The position numbers and the translations under genes were made by a program. A stretch of 31,312 bases of DNA, taken from the NCBI GenBank assembly GCA_013695265.1, contig JACDAU010000195.1, positions 1 through 31,312 on the forward strand, read 5' to 3'. The notes below the pieces were generated by a model that did not search any database, was not told the origin of the DNA, and saw only the letters and a program-made list of their open reading frames with translations. Positions 1 through 8,465 of the stretch are shown piece after piece; position 1 is the first letter of the stretch, and the number at the start of each line of letters is the position of its first letter. Source of the DNA: Chloroflexia bacterium. Its GTDB lineage: Bacteria; Chloroflexota; Chloroflexia; Thermobaculales; Thermobaculaceae.

Positions 1-303
1 GTCCACGGGCAGTCCGAGCAGCGCATCCTCTATCTCCGCGGAATCCAGTGTCAACGCGGATCGGAGTGAACGTCCCTGGAGCAACTCCGTTGTCACGGAT
101 GCCGAGGCTATTGACGCGCTACACCCAAACGCCCGAAACCTTGCCTCCGTGACCGTCTGGGCGTCCGCCCGTATTTGGATCTGGATCAGTAGCTCACCGT
201 TTGTGCCGTCACCTGCCTGCCCGTTGCCCGTCGCGTTCGGGAGCGCTCCGGGGTTGCGCGGGTTCTGGAAGTGCTCGACGACCTCGGGTGTATACTCCGT
301 CAA
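1..303 (-). CDS. iscU: IscU/NifU-family Fe-S scaffold-like protein (3' end outside window; first Cys ligand replaced)
   Basis: Not in ORF track; translated by hand from TTG at 303 (GGGAG 5 nt upstream): MTEYTPEVVEHFQNPRNPGAL...GQAGDGTNGELLIQIQI...ARFRAFGCSASIASAS...LLQGRSL. Matches IscU motifs HFxNPRNxG and FGCxxxIAS. Confidence 0.85.
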   Translation of the reverse strand, partial: MTEYTPEVVEHFQNPRNPGALPNATGNGQAGDGTNGELLIQIQIRADAQTVTEARFRAFGCSASIASASVTTELLQGRSLRSALTLDSAEIEDALLGLPVD

Positions 304-488
304 CACCGCTCCCTTTCGTTTGTTCCGCTCCACGCCGACCTTTGCCAGTTTATGGAGAGCGCGTCACATCTGCATGCAGCCTTCACCGCGATACTCTGCG
401 CCGTGGGCTAGCCGTGATGGCGCATTACTCGCTGGTCGTTCCTCGACGCGGGTTCAACCGCATACCTTGGTCAGGACGACTACGCCCG

Positions 489-2120
489 TTACTCGCCCGC
501 CGCTTCGACCTCCAGGCGCTCGGCATCCGGTGTCAACTGCTCGGTGATAATTGTTTGGCTTTGTTCCCGGAGAAACTGCTGGACGTAGTACGGGCCGAGC
601 CCGCCTTTGCCAGTTGAGCCGCTGCCCTTCCAGCCACAGAAGCTCTGAGAACCTGGCCACGCGCCAGTAGTTGCGCCACCTCGTCTATTCGCGTACGTTA
701 CGCCGGCTTCGATCTCGTCGAAGAACCGGTCCACCTCGGACAAATCCTCGCTATACACGCCCGCCGTCAGGCCGTACTCGCTGTTGTTCGCCAGCCGGAG
801 CGCCTCGTTCAACGAGTCTACCGGGGCGACCGTCAAGAACGGCACGAAAAGCTCCTCGCGGAACAGCCGGTGATCCGTCGGCAAAGCACCAACGATCGCC
901 GGTTCCACAAACGTTCCATTCGCGTACTTGCTCTCCGTCAGGCGCTTACCGCCGAACAGGATTTTGCCGTCTCGATCAGCGTCCTGCACCGCCTGGAGGT
1001 AAGTTTCTACTGCGCTCTCATTGATAACTGGACCCATGAACGTTCCCTGCTCCGTCGGCTCACCTACCACGACCGCCTGGGTCCGCTCCACCAGCAGGTG
1101 CACGAACGCGTCGTGAACCTCGCGCTGAACGTACACTCGTGAACATGCGGAACACTTCTGTCCACTGTAGCCAAACGCGGAGCGCATCACCCCTTCAGCC
1201 GCCTTTTCCAGGTCGGCGTGCGCGGTCACAATAGCGGGATTCTTCCCACCCATCTCCGTAATGCACGGTCTGGCGTAGGGCTCTGCGAACTTCCGGTAAA
1301 CGTCACTGCCAACCTCCCGTGAGCCGGTGAACACCATACCCTCGACGAGGGGATTCGTTGTCAGCTCCCCACCAATCGCGCCGCCGCCTCCTGTAATGAA
1401 GTTGATGACCCCGTCGGGCAAACCCGCCTGGGCAAACATCCGATAAACGAGCAGGCCGGTATACGGCGTGGCGGACGCTGGCTTGAAGACCACGGTATTT
1501 CCCGCGACGAGCGCGCCAGCAAGCATGCCGGTCGAGAGAGCGACGGGAAAGTTGAATGGCGCAACAACGGCCCAAACGCCGAAGGGCCGCAGCACGCTCA
1601 CGTTGCGCTCGCCCGGCATTAGCGGCACCGCGTCGCGCACATACCCGCTGTTCTGCTCCAACTCGTCACAATACGTCGAGATAAGGTCGGCGGCTTCCTC
1701 GACTTCCCCTAACGCTTCAAGCCGGTTCTTCCCCGCCTCAATGCTCAGTAGCGCCGCGATATCCACCTTTTGCGCGCGGAAATTGTCCGCCGCCGCACGC
1801 AGGAGCGTGAGCCGCTCGCCGTACGGCATATGGCTCCAGTGCCGGAAGGCCGCGTGCGCCACCTCGATCGCATGCCGGGCGTGCTCCGCTGCGCCAAGCG
1901 GAAAGCGGCCCAGGAGCACGGTGCGATCCGCGGGCGCGCGCACATCGAACTCATCCTCGGTACGCACCGGCTGGCCGCCGATATACATCGGATGGCTATC
2001 ACCAAACCCTTTCCGAACCCGGCCCAGGGACTCCTCATATGCCGAGTGAAGGATGTCCATTTCTTCCGTCGGTATCGCGGCGTACGTCACCTTCGGCACG
2101 CGAGTGGCTGTCTGCGCCAT
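489..2120 (-). CDS. NAD-dependent aldehyde dehydrogenase, P5C dehydrogenase (RocA/PruA)-like
   Basis: Motifs PFNFP, FKPAS, FTGS, EMGGKN, GQKCSACSR (catalytic Cys), EELFVP. Start moved to ATG 2120 because GAGGAG lies upstream of it. Confidence 0.9.
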   Translation of the reverse strand: MAQTATRVPKVTYAAIPTEEMDILHSAYEESLGRVRKGFGDSHPMYIGGQPVRTEDEFDVRAPADRTVLLGRFPLGAAEHARHAIEVAHAAFRHWSHMPYGERLTLLRAAADNFRAQKVDIAALLSIEAGKNRLEALGEVEEAADLISTYCDELEQNSGYVRDAVPLMPGERNVSVLRPFGVWAVVAPFNFPVALSTGMLAGALVAGNTVVFKPASATPYTGLLVYRMFAQAGLPDGVINFITGGGGAIGGELTTNPLVEGMVFTGSREVGSDVYRKFAEPYARPCITEMGGKNPAIVTAHADLEKAAEGVMRSAFGYSGQKCSACSRVYVQREVHDAFVHLLVERTQAVVVGEPTEQGTFMGPVINESAVETYLQAVQDADRDGKILFGGKRLTESKYANGTFVEPAIVGALPTDHRLFREELFVPFLTVAPVDSLNEALRLANNSEYGLTAGVYSEDLSEVDRFFDEIEAGVTYANRRGGATTGAWPGSQSFCGWKGSGSTGKGGLGPYYVQQFLREQSQTIITEQLTPDAERLEVEAAGE

Positions 2121-2458
2121 GTGCGGCATACTCCTCACTTAAGGCATACTTGAATCTGACCCAATTCTACCACGCGACCTCGCGAGTGATGAGCAAGCGA
2201 ATCGCGGCAGGTGGGCGTCGAATGGGTCAGAATCAGACCGAGCAGGACCGGGAATGTGCACAGCACAGAATGCCGATTCACGTTCGGGTATTTGCGACGC
2301 AGGTATGTGCCGCTCTGGTGTCAGTTGGAGGCGACTGGACGTTTACTGGCGCACGGCTCTGGCAATGATCGTGGGAGCCGTACTGTTCTCGACGGCGTCG
2401 CTCGGAATTATCTTGTCCATTTCTGTTTTTCGTGCAGCATACGGAGGAATCGGCAACA

Positions 2459-3205
2459 TTGGTAGTGAAGACCCAGGGAAGTTTGCAAGGACTCCGGCGG
2501 GCAAACCGTGCAACCGCAAAGCTACTGCGTGACCTCGGACGGATGGCGAAACCGGGGGTTAGGACGCGTGCGTTGAACGATTATGCGATGGACTACATCA
2601 GGCGGCTCGGCGCTGACCCGGTTTTTGCCACGGAGGAAAACTTCCCTGGCTGTATCAATACCTCCGTGAACGACGCGGTGGTCCACGGCGTGCCAGACGA
2701 CACTCTACTCAGGGACGGTGATATCTTGAGCATCGACGCGGGGTTGGTACTGGATGGCTACTGTGGTGACTCCACGATCACGGTCGCGATCGGCTATGCA
2801 ACGGTGGAACACCGTCGACTCATTGCGACAACCCGCGAGGCGATGCTTGCCGGTATACGGGTCGCGGTTCCAGGCAATCGAGTTGGGGACATCGGCCATG
2901 CAATCCAAACCCACGCGGAGAGCCGCGGCTATAATGTCGTGAAGGAGTTTATCGGCCACGGCCTTGGCCGCAAAATGCACGAAAAGCCCGATGTTCCCAG
3001 CGTCGGACGACGGGGTGGTGGCCCGGTACTTGAGGATGGACTCGTCATAACCATCGAGCCGATCCTTGTCGAGCGTTCACCTCGAGTGCGCGTAGACCCC
3101 AGCGACGGGTGGACGGTTCGCACCATCGATGGCGGATGGGGCGCTCAGTGGGAGCACACCATCGTCGTTCGACCGCGCGGCGCACACGTACTGAGCGAGC
3201 CGTAA
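2459..3205 (+). CDS. map: Type I methionine aminopeptidase
   Basis: Motifs SVNDAVVHGVP, SIDAG, GYCGDS, GHGLG..MHE, TIEP, QWEHT. TTG start chosen from GGAGG at 2443-2447 and the xxKT N-terminus. Confidence 0.93.
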   Translation: MVVKTQGSLQGLRRANRATAKLLRDLGRMAKPGVRTRALNDYAMDYIRRLGADPVFATEENFPGCINTSVNDAVVHGVPDDTLLRDGDILSIDAGLVLDGYCGDSTITVAIGYATVEHRRLIATTREAMLAGIRVAVPGNRVGDIGHAIQTHAESRGYNVVKEFIGHGLGRKMHEKPDVPSVGRRGGGPVLEDGLVITIEPILVERSPRVRVDPSDGWTVRTIDGGWGAQWEHTIVVRPRGAHVLSEP

Positions 3206-3273
3206 ACCAACAGTAGGCAGCCGCTGGGTTCGCGACGCGCCCAGTGCGAAGTATGTGGCGGGAGGGTGCGTCC

Positions 3274-4107
3274 ATGGAGTTTGCTGAAGCAAAACGTGGG
3301 TATGTTCAGTCCGGGTCGACGCGTCTCAGTTTCCAGGAGTTGGGCGAGGGGCCGCCCTTGATCCTGTTGCACGGCTTTCCACAAAGCGCATACTGCTGGC
3401 GTCACCAGATGCCTGCACTTGCCCGGACACACCGAGTCCTTGCGTTTGACCTAAAGGGGTATGGAGAGTCCGACAAGCCGCGCGGCGGCTACGACCTGGG
3501 TACGATGACGACCGAAATGCGCGCCGCCGTGCGGGCACTCGGCTATGAGCGCGCCGATTGGGTTGGGCATGACTGGGGCGGTGGGTTGCTATGGGCCCTC
3601 GTTCTGCGGCATCCAGAGGCTGTGGAGCGCTTTGCAATCATCAATGCTCCATTGCACAAAATCCACCCGCTGCATTCCTGGTACATCGTCCCGTTCTGCA
3701 TACCGGGCCTCATGGAGACCGTACTGACGCGTTGGAACAACCGCTTTGTCTACGGCATGCGCAGGTTTGCATCTGATCCTCGCCGCCTTGATACGCAAGC
3801 GCTGCGGGAATACGCCCGCGCTTTCGCTCTGCCGGGTGTCCACAACGCTGCGCTGGCCTGGTACCGCAGCCTGTGGAAAAGTGGGCCACAGTTGCGCTGG
3901 TGGCTCCGGCGCAAGGTGCGTAGACCATGTCTCGTCCTCTGGGGCATCCACGATCCCGCCCTTCCCGTCAGCCTGCTTCAGGGTATAGACAAGCACTTCG
4001 AGGCGCCGTTAGAGATCGTGCCGCTACCGCGATGCGGGCACTGGGTTATGGAGGAGCAGCCTGACCGCACTACCCAGGCACTTCTCAGCTTTTTCGATCA
4101 GGCTTAG
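3274..4107 (+). CDS. Alpha/beta hydrolase, epoxide hydrolase/haloacetate dehalogenase-like
   Basis: LLHGFP oxyanion motif, GHDWGG nucleophile Asp, WGxHDP, CGHW catalytic His; GGAGG upstream of ATG 3274. Confidence 0.9.
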   Translation: MEFAEAKRGYVQSGSTRLSFQELGEGPPLILLHGFPQSAYCWRHQMPALARTHRVLAFDLKGYGESDKPRGGYDLGTMTTEMRAAVRALGYERADWVGHDWGGGLLWALVLRHPEAVERFAIINAPLHKIHPLHSWYIVPFCIPGLMETVLTRWNNRFVYGMRRFASDPRRLDTQALREYARAFALPGVHNAALAWYRSLWKSGPQLRWWLRRKVRRPCLVLWGIHDPALPVSLLQGIDKHFEAPLEIVPLPRCGHWVMEEQPDRTTQALLSFFDQA

Positions 4108-4205
4108 ACTGGCACAGTGCCAAAAAACGCGACACGTAGGCGTGGAACGCGCTATAACACCTTGCGATATGCTGTCTGTAAAGTAATGCGAGAGGAGGTC
4201 CTAAC

Positions 4206-4448
4206 ATGGAGTCACTTATCGACGACGTTCATGGTGGCTGGCAAGTTTTCGATCGAGATGGCGCCAAAATTGGTACGGTGTACGACGTTGGTCTGGACTA
4301 CGTCCAGGTACAAAAGGGTATCTTTTCTACGACGAACATTTACATCCCGTTCCCAGCGATAGTCAGCACCGCCGACGAGCGCGTTCTTTTGGATGTGCTC
4401 GAACCTGAGATCAAGAACCTCGGTTGGGACGTACCCCCCTCAGACTAA
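4206..4448 (+). CDS. Small PRC-barrel/DUF2171-like protein
   Basis: GWQVFDRDGAKIGTV..V...YVQVQKG.F....YIP..AI PRC-barrel pattern; strong GAGGAGG RBS. Confidence 0.8.
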   Translation: MESLIDDVHGGWQVFDRDGAKIGTVYDVGLDYVQVQKGIFSTTNIYIPFPAIVSTADERVLLDVLEPEIKNLGWDVPPSD

Positions 4449-4675
4449 TGCGCGATCCGGTAGATTGCAATCAAGTCTCAGCACTGCAAGGACGCGGCGT
4501 GCCGTGTCCCTGACCGTGAGGGAGCCGCGGCGTCTATCCGGAACCGGTCTGACCTCGGAAGTTACCGTGGTACTGGGTGTGGTCTCGGACTTCGCCCCTG
4601 ATCGCCTTGTGGGGAAGTAGTGGTCTGGAGGTGCGGTGCTAGACCGTGCAAGCCCTACTGCCCGGTTCCGTGGCC

Positions 4676-5812
4676 CTACCTGGATCTTCGCCCCAGTACC
4701 TCGCCGACCCTCAGAACGTCTTCCTCGGTGTTGTAGAAGTGCGGCGACACTCGCAGTCCCGCGCCCCTTAACGACGTCACTACGTTTGCCGCCATTAGGC
4801 GCTCGTACTGGCCCTCGGGGTCCGCTACGCCGATGAGCACTATCCCGGAACGCCGCTCAGGCGCGAGGTTCGAAAGGACGGGGTACCCCAGACCACTAAG
4901 ATCGTGGATCAATACATCCGTCAACGTAGTCACGCGCTCGCTGATCCGCTCGATCCCCACCTCGTGTAACAGCGCAAGGGAAGCATTAAGCGCCACCATG
5001 CCCAACACGTTCGGCGTGCCCAGGCTAAAGCGCTCCGCGGTGTCCTGCAGGGTGAAGTTAAAATCAAGAAAGTTCAGCGGGTCGACGGTGCTTGCCGAGC
5101 CCACATACGCGCCAAGCTGCAACTCACGAAGCAGATCGTGTCGGCAGTACAGAAAGCCGGCGCCCGGCTCGCTCAGAAGCCATTTCTGCGAGCCGCAGGC
5201 GAGAAAGTCGATTTGACACTCCTGCACATCAAGCGGAAACGCGCCGAGCGTCTGGATGCCGTCCGCGACGAAGTAGATGTCCCGCTCCCGGCAGAGCCGC
5301 CCCACCGCCGCCATGTCGTTGCGGTACCCGGTCGCGAACATCGCGGTGCTTATTGCAATGACGCGCGTCTTGTAGTCGATCCGCGCCTGGAGCACATCAA
5401 GGTCGAGCCCACCTTGCAATTGCGGAACGACCTTCGTCAGCACGCCCTTCGGTGCAAGGTTCAGCCACGGATATATTACCGCCGGATAATCGCCTTCCAG
5501 CACTAGTACGTTGTCACCCGCGCGCAGCGGTAGGCTGTTCGCTGCGGTGTTAATACCTGACGCCGTACCCCCCATCGGTACCACTTCGTCAGATCGCGCT
5601 GCGTTGATCAGCGCCGCGACGCGCTGCGCGAACTCTTCCCGCAGCGCGAGCAGGTCTGGCAGTAACCGGTCGAAGGGCTGGCTTTCCCCGCGTGCGAAAT
5701 ATGCCGTGAGCGCCTGTATCACCCGGTGGTTTTGCGCCGAGACCGAAGCGTGGTTGAGGAACGCGTGACGATGTGTGATCGGGAACTCCCGCCGATACTC
5801 ATGTAGTTCCAT
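4676..5812 (-). CDS. Class V PLP-dependent enzyme (cysteine desulfurase/C-S lyase fold, no persulfide Cys)
   Basis: MELHEYRREFP..FLNHAS, DGIQ, GSQKW (PLP Lys), LRVSPHFYN. Start set at ATG 5812 (GGGAG upstream), not 6247. Confidence 0.88.
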   Translation of the reverse strand: MELHEYRREFPITHRHAFLNHASVSAQNHRVIQALTAYFARGESQPFDRLLPDLLALREEFAQRVAALINAARSDEVVPMGGTASGINTAANSLPLRAGDNVLVLEGDYPAVIYPWLNLAPKGVLTKVVPQLQGGLDLDVLQARIDYKTRVIAISTAMFATGYRNDMAAVGRLCRERDIYFVADGIQTLGAFPLDVQECQIDFLACGSQKWLLSEPGAGFLYCRHDLLRELQLGAYVGSASTVDPLNFLDFNFTLQDTAERFSLGTPNVLGMVALNASLALLHEVGIERISERVTTLTDVLIHDLSGLGYPVLSNLAPERRSGIVLIGVADPEGQYERLMAANVVTSLRGAGLRVSPHFYNTEEDVLRVGEVLGRRSR

Positions 5813-6019
5813 AGTGCTCCCGCATTCCGGCCCGTATGTGGCCCTTGGTCCCGGTAGACGACTCGGCAAGCATAGCACCCTCCTGCCGTTCCGGAGCATG
5901 GCGAGACTCCGTGCACATACGCACGGGCTGGCGAGCGTCATGCTGCGCAACCTCGACGCGTATCCTGGGGTGGGATAGTAGGCAAGCCACGAGTACTGGT
6001 TGCGAACAACCCGAAGTCG

Positions 6020-6359
6020 GTGCGGGTACCCGTGCGGATCGACTTCGCCTGGGGCCGGACCGATGTTTTCCATTGCTCGGAGGTGGCTTGGTGACGCCGC
6101 GGATGAACAAACTTCTCCGGCGGGCGCGGCAGTCGGCACAGTGGGAAGCAAGGCGTGTGGCGCGGGTGGGGGCGGCTGCCTGCTCTTCCTCGTCGCCGAT
6201 GGACGTTGGGACGAAGTTGAGACAAGCCTCCGCCAGCACGGAGCCATGTTGACCCCCTTCGAGTTTCACTCCGGGCCCCTGCGACAAAACGCTGACCACT
6301 GTCTGCCGTGCAATGATCCGCGTTTGGACAAACACATGGATTATTGTAAATCTTTCTGA
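6020..6359 (+). pseudogene. GHMP-family sugar kinase remnant (HddA/fucokinase-like), internally deleted and frameshifted
   Basis: Three successive frames give VRVPVRIDFAWGRTDVF (6020-6070, N-terminal motif), LGGGLVTPRMNKLLRRAR (6073-6129) and GTVGSKACGAGGGGCLLFL...LTPFEF (C-terminal GAGGGG motif). Confidence 0.7.
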
Positions 6360-6393
6360 CCAGTGACGAGCTCGTGCACAAAATGCCATGCTC

Positions 6394-6417
6394 CTGTAAT
6401 GTCAGTTGACATTACAG
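6394..6417. promoter_or_regulatory. Perfect inverted repeat, candidate NiaR operator
   Basis: CTGTAATGTCA-GT-TGACATTACAG, 11-bp arms, overlapping the -35 box upstream of niaR-niaP. Confidence 0.75.
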
Positions 6418-6434
6418 ACCGCGGCCTCTAGACT
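6406..6434 (+). promoter_or_regulatory. Sigma70-type promoter of niaR-niaP
   Basis: TTGACA (6406-6411), 17-nt spacer, TAGACT (6429-6434). Confidence 0.75.
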
Positions 6435-6448
6435 CGACGGAGACAAGG

Positions 6449-6517
6449 ATGAAGTTCGAGCTGTGCTGTGCGAAGCAGAGCTGGCGGCGGCTGCAAACGA
6501 TGCGGGAGCAACGATGA
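6449..6517 (+). CDS. Possible 22-aa upstream ORF (MKFELCCAKQSWRRLQTMREQR)
   Basis: ATG just after the predicted TSS; its stop overlaps the niaR start (ATGA). Could be chance. Confidence 0.25.
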   Translation: MKFELCCAKQSWRRLQTMREQR

Positions 6518-7083
6518 CGACGGAGGTGAGGCGGTCCAGGCTTTTGGACACGCTGAAGGCGGTGAGGGAACCCGTATCCGGGGGGCAGTTGTCAGTACGG
6601 TTCGGCGTCAGCCGCCAGGCTATCGTACAGGACATCGCTGTTCTGCGCTCCGGTGGCGCACAGATTGTGGCGACGAGTCGTGGATACCTGCTCGCCTCTC
6701 GATCAGCCCCAACCGTGTACCGAACTGAGGTCGCTGTCAAACACACCGCAGAGGAAGCCAGCACGGAACTACTCACCCTCGTTGACCTCGGCATCACGGT
6801 GGTGGACGTCGGGGTCGAACACACGGTGTATGGCACGCTTCGTGGCGAGCTACGGATCTCGTCACGCGTGCAGGTATACGCATTCCTGGACCGGATCGCG
6901 AGTGGGCGGTCACATCTGCTCGCGGAACTGACGGACGGACGGCATACACATACCCTCGAAGCTCCCGATGCCGCCTTGCTCAATCGTGCGCCCGAGGAGC
7001 TGGCGCGGCTCGGGTTTCTGCTTAACGAAGCGAACGCAGACGGACAAGCCCGTCGCAGCGCAGGGGAGACACTTCGACGATGA
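6514..7083 (+). CDS. niaR: Niacin-responsive repressor NiaR (YrxA), HTH + 3H domain
   Basis: HTH (FGVSRQAIVQDIAVLR, ATSRGYLL) plus 3H domain His motifs (VKH, VEHTVYG, LTDGRHTHTL); adjacent to a niaP-like MFS. The TTG at 6406 is the -35 box, so ATG 6514 (GGGAG upstream) is used. Confidence 0.92.
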   Translation: MTTEVRRSRLLDTLKAVREPVSGGQLSVRFGVSRQAIVQDIAVLRSGGAQIVATSRGYLLASRSAPTVYRTEVAVKHTAEEASTELLTLVDLGITVVDVGVEHTVYGTLRGELRISSRVQVYAFLDRIASGRSHLLAELTDGRHTHTLEAPDAALLNRAPEELARLGFLLNEANADGQARRSAGETLRR

Positions 7084-8459
7084 CTGAGGCAACCGGAACA
7101 CGGACCTTACAGCAGCAGCTCGACAGCCAACCGCTGGGGACGGGGCACCGCCGCATCACGATCCTGGCCGGTTTGGGCTGGATGTTCGATGCGATGGATA
7201 TCGGGCTGCTCTCGTTTGTGCTGGTCGCGATCGCGCGCGAATGGAATCTTTCCCAGGCGCAGGTGGGGAGCGCGATCAGCGTTGGGTTGTTCGGCATGTT
7301 TCTCGGGGCGCTCGTCGCGGGCACGCTCGCCGATCGCTATGGCAGAAAACCAATCATGCTCGCGACGCTCATTCTGTACTCGGCGGCAACCGGCCTGACG
7401 GCGCTCGCGTGGGGCTACGGCGTGTTGCTTGTCCTCCGTTTCATTACCGGGCTCGGCCTCGGCGGTGAACTCCCTGTGGCGAGCACACTTGTCGCGGAGA
7501 TCGCACCGGCACGGCATCGCGGCAGGCTCGTCGTGCTGCTAGAAAGCTTCTGGGCATACGGCTGGATCCTGGCTGCCGTCCTAGGCTACCTCGTGGTGCC
7601 GCGATATGGATGGCGCGCGGCGTTCCTCCTCGGCGCGCTTCCCGCCCTGTACGTCTTCGTCCTACGCCGCAGCCTGCCGGAATCACCACGCTTCCTGCTC
7701 CGACAGGGCCGGCACGAGGAGGCGCGCCTCGCCGCCGCTCAGGTTGGTGTGGTCGGAGATGTGGCGTTGGAGGATGATCCAACGCGTAATGGTCAGGGGC
7801 GCGGCGCGTTGCAACAATTGTGGGCGGCTCAGTACGGTCGCCGTACGGTTATGCTCTGGCTGCTTTGGTTCGGTATGGTGTTCTCCTACTACGGAATCTT
7901 CACGTGGCTGCCGCAGATTCTCACGCGGGAGCAGGGCTACGGGTTGCAGACATCCTTCGGGTTTGTGCTCCTTATCACGCTCGCCCAGGTGCCTGGCTAC
8001 TTCAGCGCGGCGGTGCTCGTTGAGCGATGGGGGCGAAAGCCGACGCTAGTGAGCTACCTGCTGGCCTGCGCGGTGGCGACACTGCTCTTCGGACTACGGG
8101 GTCTCGGTGCGGATGCTTCGCGTGAGGAACTCCTCCTGTGGGGTTCATTGGTCTCGTTCTTCAACCTCGGTGCGTGGGGCGTCGTGTATGCATACACCCC
8201 AGAGTTGTACCCGACCGCCATTCGCGGCTCCGGTACGGGATGGGCGGCTGGCGTCGGCCGGGTCGGGGGCATCGTCGGACCGTACCTGGTTGGCATTATG
8301 CTCGGCACATGGAATCTTGGCACCGTCGCCATCTTCTCAATGTTCGCCGGCGTGCTGCTCGTGATCGCGATAGATGTTTGGCTCCTCGGCGAGGAGACAA
8401 AGGACCAGACGCTGGAGACTGCGGCTGCTGGATCGGCGTTCGAGAGTGCGCCTGCCTGA
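7080..8459 (+). CDS. niaP: MFS transporter, NiaP/YceI-like niacin transporter
   Basis: GWMFDAMD, GLGLGGELPVASTLVAE, VLLESFWAYGW, PESPRFL, YTPELYPT; ATGA overlap with niaR. Confidence 0.85.
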   Translation: MTEATGTRTLQQQLDSQPLGTGHRRITILAGLGWMFDAMDIGLLSFVLVAIAREWNLSQAQVGSAISVGLFGMFLGALVAGTLADRYGRKPIMLATLILYSAATGLTALAWGYGVLLVLRFITGLGLGGELPVASTLVAEIAPARHRGRLVVLLESFWAYGWILAAVLGYLVVPRYGWRAAFLLGALPALYVFVLRRSLPESPRFLLRQGRHEEARLAAAQVGVVGDVALEDDPTRNGQGRGALQQLWAAQYGRRTVMLWLLWFGMVFSYYGIFTWLPQILTREQGYGLQTSFGFVLLITLAQVPGYFSAAVLVERWGRKPTLVSYLLACAVATLLFGLRGLGADASREELLLWGSLVSFFNLGAWGVVYAYTPELYPTAIRGSGTGWAAGVGRVGGIVGPYLVGIMLGTWNLGTVAIFSMFAGVLLVIAIDVWLLGEETKDQTLETAAAGSAFESAPA

Positions 8460-8465
8460 ACCCGG

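Noticed and set aside
304-488. Possible riboswitch before the iscU-like gene (GCAGAGTA resembles a THF riboswitch start); 12-nt repeat CCTTTGCCAGTT at 339-350 and 604-615
   Set aside because: The rest of the THF consensus is absent; a single 12-nt repeat is plausible by chance.
2254-2532. 92-aa ORF with a TM-like stretch upstream of map
   Set aside because: No RBS, overlaps map, no recognisable family. It could be a remnant, but I cannot support that.
4449-4675. Hairpins between the PRC-barrel gene and the class V gene as a possible ncRNA
   Set aside because: No SRP, 6S or riboswitch consensus; GC-rich hairpins between convergent genes are expected.
4676-5812. Kynureninase call, tempting because of nearby NiaR/NAD genes
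   Set aside because: Lacks the kynureninase GNSLG N-terminal motif (has FLNHAS).
5813-6247. 145-aa N-terminal extension of the class V enzyme given by the ORF track
   Set aside because: Not protein-like; it is the antisense of the GHMP remnant. The family N-terminus and an RBS are at ATG 5812.
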